64,000 nt of DNA from Rhodothermales bacterium. GTDB taxonomy: Bacteria; Bacteroidota; Rhodothermia; Rhodothermales; Bin80. The stretch is from assembly GCA_964291275.2 (NCBI GenBank), contig OZ219799.1:2585145-2649144 (forward strand), written 5' to 3'. The notes below the pieces were generated by a model. That model was not told where the DNA came from, made no database searches, and saw nothing but the letters and a program-made list of their open reading frames with translations. Within the stretch, counting starts at the first letter, position 1. Every line of letters starts with the position of its first letter. This document shows, piece by piece, positions 47,491 to 57,308 of this stretch. A program made the position numbers and the translations under genes.

Positions 47491-47766
47491 AAGATATCCG
47501 AGTTAGTATAGCCTTAGGTGAATGAAACCTGATTAATTGCGGTCTGTTGCCGACGAGAGGGTCCTATTCAGACAGGAGCTGCTAAGATAGACGCAGCCAT
47601 TGCAGTCACTGTAAGGTAACTGATGGATTTGATACATAGGATCGCCACAAAATGGTGGGATTTTGCGGTGTTGGACATCAAAAACTGGGATACTGCAACG
47701 ACGTGCCTGCGGCTTTTTTGAGGCAAACTCAGTATTTTTACACCTCAACTGACACACGAAGCTATC

Positions 47767-48225
47767 ATGCGTAACTTTTGGATGAACCTACTGGCCGTAG
47801 TGGCCGGATATCTCGTAATGGCTGTTGGCATCGGGGGGATTTTCAGTCTGCTCTATATGATTATGGGGGCCGAATGGGCGTATCAACCGGAGTCTTGGGA
47901 TGTTTCTGTGGGCTGGGTAATAATGAGCATCATAGTCGGGGTTTGTGTTGCCCTAGGAGCCGGTAAGGTCTGTAGTCTGGTTGCTCGTAATCATACTGCT
48001 CCCAAGTATTTGATTGCCCTGGTTCTGGTTCTTGGGATACTTTCTGCGATAATGATGATGATAGGTGGTGGTGGAGGGGACGAGGTTCGTGACTTCGCAC
48101 CGTCAGTTTTCGAGGCAACTGAGAAAAGTGTTCAACCTGTTTGGTTAAGCTGGCTGAATCCGTTAATTGGTGCCGTTGGAGTTGCTATCGGGAGCGGATT
48201 GATAAAGGTATTTGGGGATCGGTAG
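47767..48225 (+). CDS. Small hypothetical membrane protein (4 predicted TM segments)
   Basis: A hydrophobic ORF with no recognisable motifs. Confidence 0.5.
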   Translation: MRNFWMNLLAVVAGYLVMAVGIGGIFSLLYMIMGAEWAYQPESWDVSVGWVIMSIIVGVCVALGAGKVCSLVARNHTAPKYLIALVLVLGILSAIMMMIGGGGGDEVRDFAPSVFEATEKSVQPVWLSWLNPLIGAVGVAIGSGLIKVFGDR

Positions 48226-48456
48226 ACCGTCAATGGCCCGCCAACCAAAGCGCATGTTGGGCGATCAAGCAGTCTAGGTTTCTCGTTGTGCGGACTTGGT
48301 TTCGATACTGTCCAGAGTTGCAGTGTGGATCTGGTGGAGTTTGTCAGTTTTCCTCTCTCAGTACGATGCCCGTTGATGTTGAGGAATTAGAGGTATAACG
48401 GGTTACCTAATCTACCGGTCAAGGCTATTCTGTGACCACTTTTGCCGCTAAAACTT

Positions 48457-48511
48457 AGGGAATGTCAAGTAGCGGGAGGGTGAAATTCCCTTGGGCTACT
48501 TGACATTCCTT
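48457..48511 (-). terminator. Long hairpin immediately after the ppk2 stop (candidate intrinsic or bidirectional terminator)
   Basis: A 17-bp stem joins agggaatgtcaagtagc (48457-48473) and gctacttgacattcctt (48495-48511), with a 21-nt loop. On the minus strand it is followed by AAGUUUUAGC. Confidence 0.45.
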
Positions 48512-49365
48512 TACTGATCTTCTGGCTTGGAAAATTGATTTTCCAAGATTCGTTGTGTGTCCATAGCAGGGCGAACGTAACCCTGGTCTGACTGTAATGG
48601 GGGTAGCGTGATCTCCGGTGCCTCAATTCTCTTATAAGGGATTTGATCAAGAAGATGGCCGATACAGTTCAGTCTTGCACGGCGTTTATCATCCGCCTCA
48701 ACAACCCACCAAGGAGACTCTGGGGTGTCCGTATGCAGAAGCATCTGATCTTTTGCTCTTGAATAATCAGTCCACCGGGCTCTTGATTCTATATCCATTG
48801 GGCTGATTTTCCATCTTCGCGTTGGATCCTCAATGCGACGTTGGAATCTGCGTTCCTGCTCGTCAGCATTTACTGAGAACCAGTACTTGATGAGTATGAT
48901 GCCGCTCCGGATTAACATACGTTCGAACGTGGGACATTCCCGTAGAAATTCCCAGTACTCTTCTTCGGAACAGTAACCCATCACACGCTCCACACCAGCA
49001 CGATTGTACCAGCTGCGATCAAATATCACCATTTCTCCAGCAGCCGGCAAATGGGGTACATATCTTTGGAAGTACCATTGTGTTTTTTCACGCTCTGTAG
49101 GTTTGGAGAGAGCTACTACGCGACAGATTCTTGGGTTAAGCGGTTCTGTAATGCGCTTGATAGTTCCACCCTTACCGGCTGCATCTCGACCCTCAAACAG
49201 CACAACGATGCGTTCCTTCTTGATTCGTATATGGCGCTGAAGCCTAGCGAGTTCAACATGTAGCTTTGCCAGTTCTGTCCGATAGAACTTTTTGGGTAGT
49301 CGTTCGTCGTTTTGCAGCATTTCCCGCAGGTTGTGTGTGTATTTGGTGTAAATTACACCTATCAT
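48511..49365 (-). CDS. ppk2: Polyphosphate kinase 2 (single-domain PPK2)
   Basis: Motifs seen: VLFEGRDAAGKGGTIKRI (Walker A), QRYVPHLPAAGEMVIFDRSWYNRAGVERVMG. An alternative start is at 49320. Confidence 0.9.
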   Translation of the reverse strand: MIGVIYTKYTHNLREMLQNDERLPKKFYRTELAKLHVELARLQRHIRIKKERIVVLFEGRDAAGKGGTIKRITEPLNPRICRVVALSKPTEREKTQWYFQRYVPHLPAAGEMVIFDRSWYNRAGVERVMGYCSEEEYWEFLRECPTFERMLIRSGIILIKYWFSVNADEQERRFQRRIEDPTRRWKISPMDIESRARWTDYSRAKDQMLLHTDTPESPWWVVEADDKRRARLNCIGHLLDQIPYKRIEAPEITLPPLQSDQGYVRPAMDTQRILENQFSKPEDQ

Positions 49366-49413
49366 TATTCTTCTTTTCTAAAAAACCTGCTATGACTACC
49401 CCGTTCTTGGCAA

Positions 49414-50706
49414 ATGAGTGAATCTGATCAGAAACGTGTTTTTGGTTTCGAAACGAGAATGCTACATGCCGGACATGTTCCGGACGCAGTGACTGGTTCA
49501 CGTGCTGTGCCTATTTACCAGACCACGTCGTATGTCTTCGACAGCCCAGATTACGCGGCACAGCTTTTTGATTTGAAACAGTATGGCAATATCTATACGC
49601 GGATCAATAACCCGACCACCGCGGCCTTCGAGGAACGGGTAGCTTCCCTGGAAGAAGGTGCAGGTGCACTTGCGACGTCGAGCGGGATGGCTGCACAGCT
49701 TGCCACAATGATGACGCTCTTGGAGCCGGGGGATGAGGTCGTGGCTTCGCAACATCTTTATGGTGGAACGCGCACACAGTTTGTACACACCTTTCGCAAG
49801 TTGGGAGTAACCGCCCATTTTGTGGAGCCCGATGATTTTGATGCATGGGAGGCTGCGATTAACTCTCAGACGCGTGTGCTTTACGCAGAAACGATTGGCA
49901 ATCCTCAGGGCAGTGTGGTGGATATCGCTCGCTTGGCTGCTCTGGCCGAGTCAAACAATTGTCCGTTAGTAATTGACAATACGTTTGCAACACCGTACCT
50001 GTGTCAGCCGCTCAATCACGGGGCACACATTGCTCTGCATTCAGCCACGAAGTTCATGGGCGGTCACGGTAATTCAATTGGCGGCGTAATCGTGGAATCC
50101 GGGCGGTTCGATTATAGTAACTATCCATCAATTGCGGATCCTTCGCCATCTTACCACAATCTGCGTTTTTACGACACGTTTGGACTCCACGCCTTTTTAA
50201 TGAAGGCACGGGTCGAGACGATCAGAGATACGGGTGCATGTCTTTCACCATTCAATGCGTTTCTCTTGATCCAGGGGCTGGAAACACTTTCAGTCCGTAT
50301 GGACCGTCATGTGAAGAATGCCACGGCGATTGCAAAATATCTTGAGGATGATCCGCGCGTTGAATATGTGGCTTACCCGGGGTTAGAGAGTAGTCCATAT
50401 CATGAACTTGCCCTCAAATATTGCTCGCCCGGCCCGGGAGCTGTATTTTCATTTGGTATAAAAGGGAGCGAGCCTCGGGCAGCAGGCAAACGTTTCATCG
50501 AGGCGCTTAATTTATTTTCTCACTTGGCGAACGTAGGTGATGCCCGAAGCTTGGTGATTCACCCAGCATCGACAACACATCAGCAGCTCTCCGATGAAGA
50601 GCTTGCAGCCAGCGGTATTGATCCTGGCATGATTCGCCTTTCAATTGGACTCGAAACTGAAGAGGACTTACTATGGGATCTGGATCAGGCATTGCGTGCG
50701 ATTTGA
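49414..50706 (+). CDS. metY: O-acetylhomoserine aminocarboxypropyltransferase (sulfhydrylase)
   Basis: Motifs seen: FETRMLHAGH, YTRINNPTT, and the PLP-lysine motif HSATKFMGGHG. Confidence 0.9.
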   Translation: MSESDQKRVFGFETRMLHAGHVPDAVTGSRAVPIYQTTSYVFDSPDYAAQLFDLKQYGNIYTRINNPTTAAFEERVASLEEGAGALATSSGMAAQLATMMTLLEPGDEVVASQHLYGGTRTQFVHTFRKLGVTAHFVEPDDFDAWEAAINSQTRVLYAETIGNPQGSVVDIARLAALAESNNCPLVIDNTFATPYLCQPLNHGAHIALHSATKFMGGHGNSIGGVIVESGRFDYSNYPSIADPSPSYHNLRFYDTFGLHAFLMKARVETIRDTGACLSPFNAFLLIQGLETLSVRMDRHVKNATAIAKYLEDDPRVEYVAYPGLESSPYHELALKYCSPGPGAVFSFGIKGSEPRAAGKRFIEALNLFSHLANVGDARSLVIHPASTTHQQLSDEELAASGIDPGMIRLSIGLETEEDLLWDLDQALRAI

Positions 50707-51260
50707 GCACTCATTCGTTGCTTACAGTTGAGCAGAGAGCAAAATACCAAGCCCCGGATTTGGTTCGCCGAACCCTTGGATATGCCCGCTCGGTTGCTAT
50801 CGTGGGGTTGTCCACGAAGCGTCAGAAGGCCAGCTTTTTCGTTGCAACTTTCCTGAAGAGTAGGGGGATAAAAATTATTCCTGTACACCCGAAAGCTGAC
50901 AGGATCCTGGGTGAGAAAGTTTACCCGACACTGACAGATATTCCTGAGCCAGTTGATGTCGTGAATGTATTTCGACCGCCACATGAGTGTCCTGTGTATG
51001 CAGCGCAAGCTGTAGATATTGATGCCAAAGTGTTGTGGTTGCAACTCGGGCTTTTCAGCGAGGAAGCAGCAGTGATCGCAAGTGCAGGGGGGCTTGAGGT
51101 TATTATGGACCTATGCATTAAGATGGAATACGGCCGTTACGATGGAACGATGCGCTTCCTGGGCATGAATACAGGAATACTAACTGCAAAAAAGGCGCAG
51201 ATAGGGCGAATCAGTTCATCTCAGGATGTGCATGCATCCGAGTGCTCCATCTTGACCTGA
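50673..51260 (+). CDS. CoA-binding domain protein (YccU-like)
   Basis: Motifs seen: SVAIVGLSTKRQKASFFV..GIKIIPVHPK..VYPTLTDIPEPVDVVNVFRP. The start is uncertain: the ATG at 50673 overlaps metY by 34 nt, and in-frame TTG codons lie at 50703 and 50718. Confidence 0.7.
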   Translation: MGSGSGIACDLSTHSLLTVEQRAKYQAPDLVRRTLGYARSVAIVGLSTKRQKASFFVATFLKSRGIKIIPVHPKADRILGEKVYPTLTDIPEPVDVVNVFRPPHECPVYAAQAVDIDAKVLWLQLGLFSEEAAVIASAGGLEVIMDLCIKMEYGRYDGTMRFLGMNTGILTAKKAQIGRISSSQDVHASECSILT

Positions 51261-51989
51261 CTACAGTGGCGGTAGGAATTGTGTGTGCAATGACGCGATG
51301 CCGGGTTCATCCAGAGGCGAGGATCGGGTTGAGGGAGGTTTCTGTTGGTTATGAATGGGTGGGAAGCACAAGATCCCGGTGTCATTTTATGGATTCCATG
51401 GTTGTTGAACAGGAAGTATTGATCCTCTGACAGACGATATTCGGGCCTGCCTGCAGTTGTGTTGCCGGGATAGGAGCTTTCACATTTGCAACTTTTCAAG
51501 AAATTGATTTCAGGCGGCGAATGGATCTATGTTCTCAGTGGTTTTGTATTGATGCTTTTTGGACGGCTAATCTTGCTACATTTATTTAGGTCCTCTTAGT
51601 GCTTGCTGAGACTGAAGAAGGATTAGCGTCTGGATTCTACATTGTTGGAGTAGTCTTGGATTAGGACATAAAATGCTTGGATTGTTCCTCAGAACCTAGA
51701 TGGTTTGCTACCTCAGGATGAGTAGACGAGAAACTGGTGGAGGTTGTGGAGAAAGCTACTGCTGCAAACCTTGACGACTCAAACGACTTGATCTGCGTCT
51801 CATCAACGGAAGGGGATGCTTCGTAGTTTGTTGCCTCTCATAGCCCGTATTCGACGCTTTTGTACACCGCATTGGAAATCCATACCGGACACTCCTCTCG
51901 ACTGACGAAACCCAAGTCAGCACATGCTGACTAAACTCGCAAATGTATTGTAAGTCCGTTGCGGTGATGGAGGATCCTAGAGCCGCAAA

Positions 51990-52979
51990 TTACCCGTTGC
52001 TTTGGGGAATCTTGAACCGCGGTGAAACCAGCGAATTGTCATCCAGGAACGTTGTGATCTGTACAATCCGTGCAAGCCCAGGACTATAAACCGTGGTCGT
52101 CTTTTCTGGTTGGCGATTTTCGTCGTGGGCCATGGTTGGATGGTCCACGACATCCATTACATCAACATTAATAGCCTGCAAAGATTCAGGGTAGCGTAGC
52201 TGTCGGGGAGGCGTAGAGCTCGATAAAACGACTTGGCCGCCGGTTGTCGCGATCTCAATCTCTGCGATCGGAGTAGTTTCGACGATTCGATGTAGGTGGG
52301 AGTTCGTCCTTGCGACAGACCATCCTGCAGATTCAGTGGTACTGATGAACGCATCAATCAGGCCGGCCTGAACGACCATTTGTTTTGAGAGCACAGCATC
52401 GAAAACTGAGCGGATTTCAGCTACTCGAGACGTGTATCGGCTCGAAAGCAAATCTGCTTCGCCGAAAGCAGCCAAAGCTGCGGTCATGACGGGGGAAGCA
52501 TAACTATTGTTTAAGAGTCCTTGTTCTTCAAATGCTAAGGCGTTACCAACTTGAACAATACGGGGTTTATCGATACCACTGACCCCGACATATTTGAAGA
52601 TATTCCAGTCAATTTCCCGAGTCTGGGCTGCCTGAGTGATGACGGCGTCATCGTCGACATCATTTGACAGTAGAGGAAAAAAGGCGGATGCTTGTGGTTG
52701 CTCGACGGGATCATCTGCAAACTTAAATTGGATCGGTTTCCCATCGTTACCACGAACGTTAGTGAGATATACCAAACCTTCGGAATCAGTGATCCATAGT
52801 TCGTCCAGCACTGTTTTTTCTACGATCTTGTCAAAGATGGAGATGATCTCTTCGGGCGAGAGACCTTGACTCTCAGCAGCAGCAACAAGATGTGCGGCAA
52901 TACGGGCTTGGCCAGTCATTTGTTCGTCCAAAAGGGAATCCAGTCCTCTCGCGACTACAGCTAAAGAAAGTTGACTCAT
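51990..52979 (-). CDS. Hypothetical protein with internal two-fold repeat
   Basis: A 329-aa ORF with no signal peptide. The halves resemble each other (GLDSLLDEQMTGQARIAAHLVAAAES vs VFDAVLSKQMVVQAGLIDAFISTTES). No family was recognised. Confidence 0.55.
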   Translation of the reverse strand: MSQLSLAVVARGLDSLLDEQMTGQARIAAHLVAAAESQGLSPEEIISIFDKIVEKTVLDELWITDSEGLVYLTNVRGNDGKPIQFKFADDPVEQPQASAFFPLLSNDVDDDAVITQAAQTREIDWNIFKYVGVSGIDKPRIVQVGNALAFEEQGLLNNSYASPVMTAALAAFGEADLLSSRYTSRVAEIRSVFDAVLSKQMVVQAGLIDAFISTTESAGWSVARTNSHLHRIVETTPIAEIEIATTGGQVVLSSSTPPRQLRYPESLQAINVDVMDVVDHPTMAHDENRQPEKTTTVYSPGLARIVQITTFLDDNSLVSPRFKIPQSNG

Positions 52980-53107
52980 TATATTTAGTGTTGCGGGTCC
53001 AAGTTAAGGAGTGTGATGTACCACGTCTGACAGATCGACAAGTAAAAAACTGCGGCGTAAGCTAGTTTACGGTTTTACGGTTAAATAAGGGAAAAGCCCC
53101 CAGATCA

Positions 53108-55348
53108 ATGCGAAAATTAATATTGCAATTGCGACTTCCACTGGTACTGATACTAATAGTGTCGGGCTTTGGTGGACATAATGATCCGATGCTTGGTTTT
53201 TCATCGAAACAGGCTGTCCAGCAACGTGCTTTGGAGGCCAACTTTGATGCACTGCTAAATAAAGGAAATTTGCGGACATGGATGGAGCAAATGACCGCAG
53301 CCCCACAGCATGTTGGATCCCCACAGGCTCGAGCCAATGCAGAGTTCATGGTACAGCTTTTTCAGTCATGGGGTTATGAGGCGCAGACGGAAGTGTACCA
53401 GGTTTTATTTCCGACTCCAATCACACGCGAATTGGAGCTTCTGTCACCAACACCCTATAAAGCCAAGCTGCAGGAACCTGATATTCCTGAAGATGCGAGC
53501 AGTTCAATTCGTGATAATCGTCTACCACCGTACAATGCGTACAGTGCCGATGGGGAGGTGACTGGGGAACTTGTCTATGTAAATCAAGGCATTCCGGGGG
53601 ATTACGAAGATCTTGCCCGTATGGGAATCAGTGTGGAGGGCAAGATTGTAATCGCGAGATACGGAGGATCCTGGCGTGGTATCAAGCCAAAGTTGGCGGC
53701 AGAGCACGGTGCGATCGGCTGCATTCTCTATTCAGATCCCCGGGATGATGGGTTTTTTCAGGGTCAGACCTATCCTGAGGGCTCTTTTCGTATGGATCAG
53801 GGTGTTCAGAGAGGCTCGGTCGCAGATATGCCCCTTTTTCCAGGAGATCCGCTTACACCGTTTATTGGGGCAACAGATGATGCAGAGCGATTGGAATTGG
53901 AAGACGCCCCCACACTAATGCGGATTCCAGTACTGCCGATATCCTGGAGTGATGCACAACCATTTTTGGCGGCTCTGGAAGGGCCTGTGGCACCCGCCCG
54001 CTGGCGGGGTGGGTTGCCACTCACATACCGGGTCGGTCCGGGACCTGCTCGTGTGAGACTTAAGCTTGCGTTTGATTGGTCTCTCGCACCAGCCTACAAT
54101 GTAATTGCCAAACTTGAAGGATTGGAGTATCCCGACGAATGGGTCATCCGGGGTAACCATCGTGATGCATGGGTTTTTGGAGCGCAGGATCCTATCAGTG
54201 GCATGGTGGCTTTGATGGAGGAGGCCCGTGCTATCGGTGAACTTGCTCAGGCAGGCCACCGCCCAAAGCGCACAATCGTATACGCTGGGTGGGATGCAGA
54301 AGAGCCAGGGTTATTAGGATCTACTGAATGGGCAGAAGATCATGCAGATGAACTCCGTGAAAAAGCTGTCATCTACATTAATTCGGATAGTAATGGACGA
54401 GGATTTTTGGGGGCGGGTGGCTCACATACGCTCGAACGTTTAGTGAATGAGGTTGCTGCCAGTGTTGAGGACCCGCAAACTGGAGTTACCATCGCGGAGC
54501 GGATGCGTGCTCGACGGCGCGTCCAAGGCAATTCTGAAGTGGATAAGCGGATGGACTTACGAATCTCTCCATTAGGCAGTGGATCAGACTATACTCCATT
54601 CCTCCAACACCTCGGAATCGCTTCTCTAAATATTGGATTCGGTGGTGAGAACAGAGGAGGCAGCTACCATTCCGCATTTGACTCATTCGATTACTATGTG
54701 CGTTTCGGGGATCCAGGATTTGAATATGGTGTAGCTCTGGCACAAGTAGCTGGTCGATTAACCTTGCGAATGGCTAACGCAGAAGTTATGCCAATAAGAT
54801 TGCAGAACTTTGCGGAAAATGTACAGGGGTATGTGGAAGAAGTCATTGGATTAGCCGCAGACATGCGCCAGGAAACAGTCCGTCACAATCGTATGGTTGA
54901 AACGAATTCGTTTGCTTTGGCAGCGGACCCGACCAAACCGTATGTCGCTCCAGAGATGAAGGATCCTGTCCCATACCTCAACTTTGCATCGATCAGGAAT
55001 TCGATTGCACGTGTAGCCGAATCTGCTCGAGTCTTTGACGAAACCATAGCAACCCAACTGGAAGCGCTGTCTGATGCTCAACGCAGAAATCTTAATCAGC
55101 AATTAATCCAACTGGAACGAACGATGACACGTGAAGAGGGGCTACCGGGGCGGCCGTGGTTTAGACATCACATATATGCGCCTGGTTATTACACTGGATA
55201 TGGGGTAAAGACATTGCCTGGTGTTCGCGAGGCGATTGAACAGCGGGAATGGGAAGAGGTGGAAATTCAGGTGAAGCTACTAGCCGAGATATTGAACGAA
55301 GTGGCAATGGCTATCGACCAAGCAGCTGATTTCATGAAGCCTGAATGA
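53108..55348 (+). CDS. M28-family peptidase, glutamate carboxypeptidase II (PSMA)/transferrin-receptor-like
   Basis: A PA domain (KIVIARYGGSWRGIK), an M28 core (GNHRDAWVFGAQDPISG, GWDAEEPGLLGSTEW), and a C-terminal TfR-like dimerisation helix region. Confidence 0.8.
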   Translation: MRKLILQLRLPLVLILIVSGFGGHNDPMLGFSSKQAVQQRALEANFDALLNKGNLRTWMEQMTAAPQHVGSPQARANAEFMVQLFQSWGYEAQTEVYQVLFPTPITRELELLSPTPYKAKLQEPDIPEDASSSIRDNRLPPYNAYSADGEVTGELVYVNQGIPGDYEDLARMGISVEGKIVIARYGGSWRGIKPKLAAEHGAIGCILYSDPRDDGFFQGQTYPEGSFRMDQGVQRGSVADMPLFPGDPLTPFIGATDDAERLELEDAPTLMRIPVLPISWSDAQPFLAALEGPVAPARWRGGLPLTYRVGPGPARVRLKLAFDWSLAPAYNVIAKLEGLEYPDEWVIRGNHRDAWVFGAQDPISGMVALMEEARAIGELAQAGHRPKRTIVYAGWDAEEPGLLGSTEWAEDHADELREKAVIYINSDSNGRGFLGAGGSHTLERLVNEVAASVEDPQTGVTIAERMRARRRVQGNSEVDKRMDLRISPLGSGSDYTPFLQHLGIASLNIGFGGENRGGSYHSAFDSFDYYVRFGDPGFEYGVALAQVAGRLTLRMANAEVMPIRLQNFAENVQGYVEEVIGLAADMRQETVRHNRMVETNSFALAADPTKPYVAPEMKDPVPYLNFASIRNSIARVAESARVFDETIATQLEALSDAQRRNLNQQLIQLERTMTREEGLPGRPWFRHHIYAPGYYTGYGVKTLPGVREAIEQREWEEVEIQVKLLAEILNEVAMAIDQAADFMKPE

Positions 55349-55818
55349 CATTGTTTGCAAAGGCAAAGCATGTTCAAGACACGCTCTTGGCGCTTGGGCT
55401 GGATGTACGTGTGGTCGAACTTGCTGAATCAACTCGAACAGCGTCAGAAGCCGCATCTGCTGTTGGTTGTGCTGTTGGACAAATCGTGAAGTCTCTAGTT
55501 TTCCGTGCAGATGAGGAGCCCGTACTGGTGTTGACGAGTGGAGCTAATTTTGTAGACGAAAAACGGCTTGCGGATCTCGTGGGTACACCGATTAAGCGGC
55601 CGCGTGCAGATTTTGTACGACAGCACACGGGATATGCTATAGGCGGTGTGGCTCCGATCGGGCACCCTCAGCCGATCCCTACTTTTGTGGATGAAGATCT
55701 CATGCAGTATGAGAAAGTATGGGCAGCAGCAGGAGGTCCCTTTACTGTGTTCGCTTGTACCCCCGATTTTCTGGCTTCATTGGGCAAGGTAACGCGTGTC
55801 AAGCGGCTTCGGGGTTGA
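55345..55818 (+). CDS. YbaK/EbsC-family aminoacyl-tRNA deacylase
   Basis: Motifs seen: VKSLVF..PVLVLTSG..GYAIGGVAPIGH. The start shares an ATGA overlap with the upstream gene. Confidence 0.75.
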   Translation: MTLFAKAKHVQDTLLALGLDVRVVELAESTRTASEAASAVGCAVGQIVKSLVFRADEEPVLVLTSGANFVDEKRLADLVGTPIKRPRADFVRQHTGYAIGGVAPIGHPQPIPTFVDEDLMQYEKVWAAAGGPFTVFACTPDFLASLGKVTRVKRLRG

Positions 55819-56551
55819 GGTGCAGGAGTAATTTTATGCCGTGAAGGACGAGATATGGATCTATCTGGGCTTCTGGTATTTTGTCAGCTAACAGCCTGTG
55901 CCAGCCACCAGTAATTGTGATCGTGGGAGTACTCGTAAGGGTCTCTCTAATGCGTACAAGAGCGCCAATGACCGCATCGGTCATACCATGGACTAGGCCA
56001 TGTTGAAGTGCCTCAACTGTGGAACGTCCGAGAGATCCGTCTGGCAAAGTGAGAGGTACTCGGGGTAGCTTGGCGGTGTAGTTAGCTAGAGCGCGGTTTG
56101 TGAGTATGGGGCCAGGCATTATAATGCCGCCGAGGAAGATTCTGTTTTCACTTACAGCATCAATGGTAATGGCTGTACCTGCGTCAATGATGATATGAGA
56201 ACCGGATTTTTCGCGCGAGGTATAAGATGCCGCAGCCAGCCTATCAGGGCCTAGGGTTTCGGCGGGAGTATAGTCGATTCGAAGGGGGAGATTAACATTA
56301 CTGTCAACGCAGAATACTGGTGCATCTGAAAGTTGGTTTATGCCTGCGAGAAGGAGGTCTGATTGCTGAGGTACCACGCTGCACAAACCAATACGGGTAA
56401 TGGGGGTCTCTGCCTGCCAATCAGCAACAGTTTCTAAGGCTTCTTTTACAGAATCCTCATTGGTTATTTTCAGGAGATCATCTCCAGAAAACAACCCGAT
56501 CTTTATGTTACTGTTGCCGACGTCAATCGTCAGCCATGTAGAGCGAAACAT
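55799..56551 (-). CDS. coaX: Type III pantothenate kinase
   Basis: LTIDVGNSNIKIGLF and IIDAGTAITID are present. The likely start is MFRSTW at 56551. Confidence 0.85.
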   Translation of the reverse strand: MFRSTWLTIDVGNSNIKIGLFSGDDLLKITNEDSVKEALETVADWQAETPITRIGLCSVVPQQSDLLLAGINQLSDAPVFCVDSNVNLPLRIDYTPAETLGPDRLAAASYTSREKSGSHIIIDAGTAITIDAVSENRIFLGGIIMPGPILTNRALANYTAKLPRVPLTLPDGSLGRSTVEALQHGLVHGMTDAVIGALVRIRETLTSTPTITITGGWHRLLADKIPEAQIDPYLVLHGIKLLLHLNPEAA

Positions 56552-57308
56552 CACCTGCGTAGATTGTGCGAAGCCCTTTGCTGGTCTCCAAAACCAAAGC
56601 ACCAGATTCCTCAATACCTATTAATGTGCCGACCAATTCCTCATTTACTCCGGTGATCTGGCAACTTTTTCCTACTCCGATCAAGTTCTCAGTATAGCGT
56701 TTTCGGACAAGTGCAGGGTTCGTTGATAACAGTTCAAAACTTTTCTCTAGATGCACTAGAACCTCCGCCATCATAGATGCTCTATCAACAGGACGTCCCG
56801 TTGATAGAAATAGTGAGGTTGCATAATAACTCAGCTCTGGCGGAAATGTGGTCTGATTCACGTTTAGGCCTATCCCCAGCACCACGGGAGCCATTGGTGC
56901 GCCAAAGCCTTGCAAGAGCATGCCACAGATTTTCCGACCCTCCAGTAAAATGTCGTTTGGCCACTTTAGCTGTGGCTTACTCGGTGAAACTACTTTTGCA
57001 ATGGCTTCTGAAACACCGAGACAGGCAGCGAGGGGCACCATGCCGATGATTGCGCCGGAGATCGGTAGGCGCAGGATCACACTGAATGTTAGATTTTGAC
57101 CTCTGGCAGCTCGCCAGATACGTCCACGTCGACCACGTCCATCTGTCTGGTAATCTGCGAGAAATACAGTTCCGTGCGGTGCATCCAGTTGGGCCGCCTC
57201 CATGGCTAAGGTATTCGTTGATGTTACGGTGTGCGCGTAGTGCAGGGGGCGGCCAATACTTCTTGCAGTTAGCAGCGCACTAACCCTCTGGCCGAGTGAT
57301 GTATCCAT
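56523..57308 (-). CDS. birA: Biotin--[acetyl-CoA-carboxylase] ligase
   Basis: The GRGRRGRIW signature and KWPNDILLEGRKICGML are present. Confidence 0.85.
   Translation of the reverse strand: MDTSLGQRVSALLTARSIGRPLHYAHTVTSTNTLAMEAAQLDAPHGTVFLADYQTDGRGRRGRIWRAARGQNLTFSVILRLPISGAIIGMVPLAACLGVSEAIAKVVSPSKPQLKWPNDILLEGRKICGMLLQGFGAPMAPVVLGIGLNVNQTTFPPELSYYATSLFLSTGRPVDRASMMAEVLVHLEKSFELLSTNPALVRKRYTENLIGVGKSCQITGVNEELVGTLIGIEESGALVLETSKGLRTIYAGDVSLYMADD

Noticed and set aside
48474-48494. Similarity of the ppk2 hairpin loop (gggtgaaattccc) to the intron domain VI loop and IS4 target (ggggtgaaatcccc)
   Set aside because: Only an 8-nt core (ggtgaaat) is shared. That is too short to argue for a related element or a second IS4 target without further copies.
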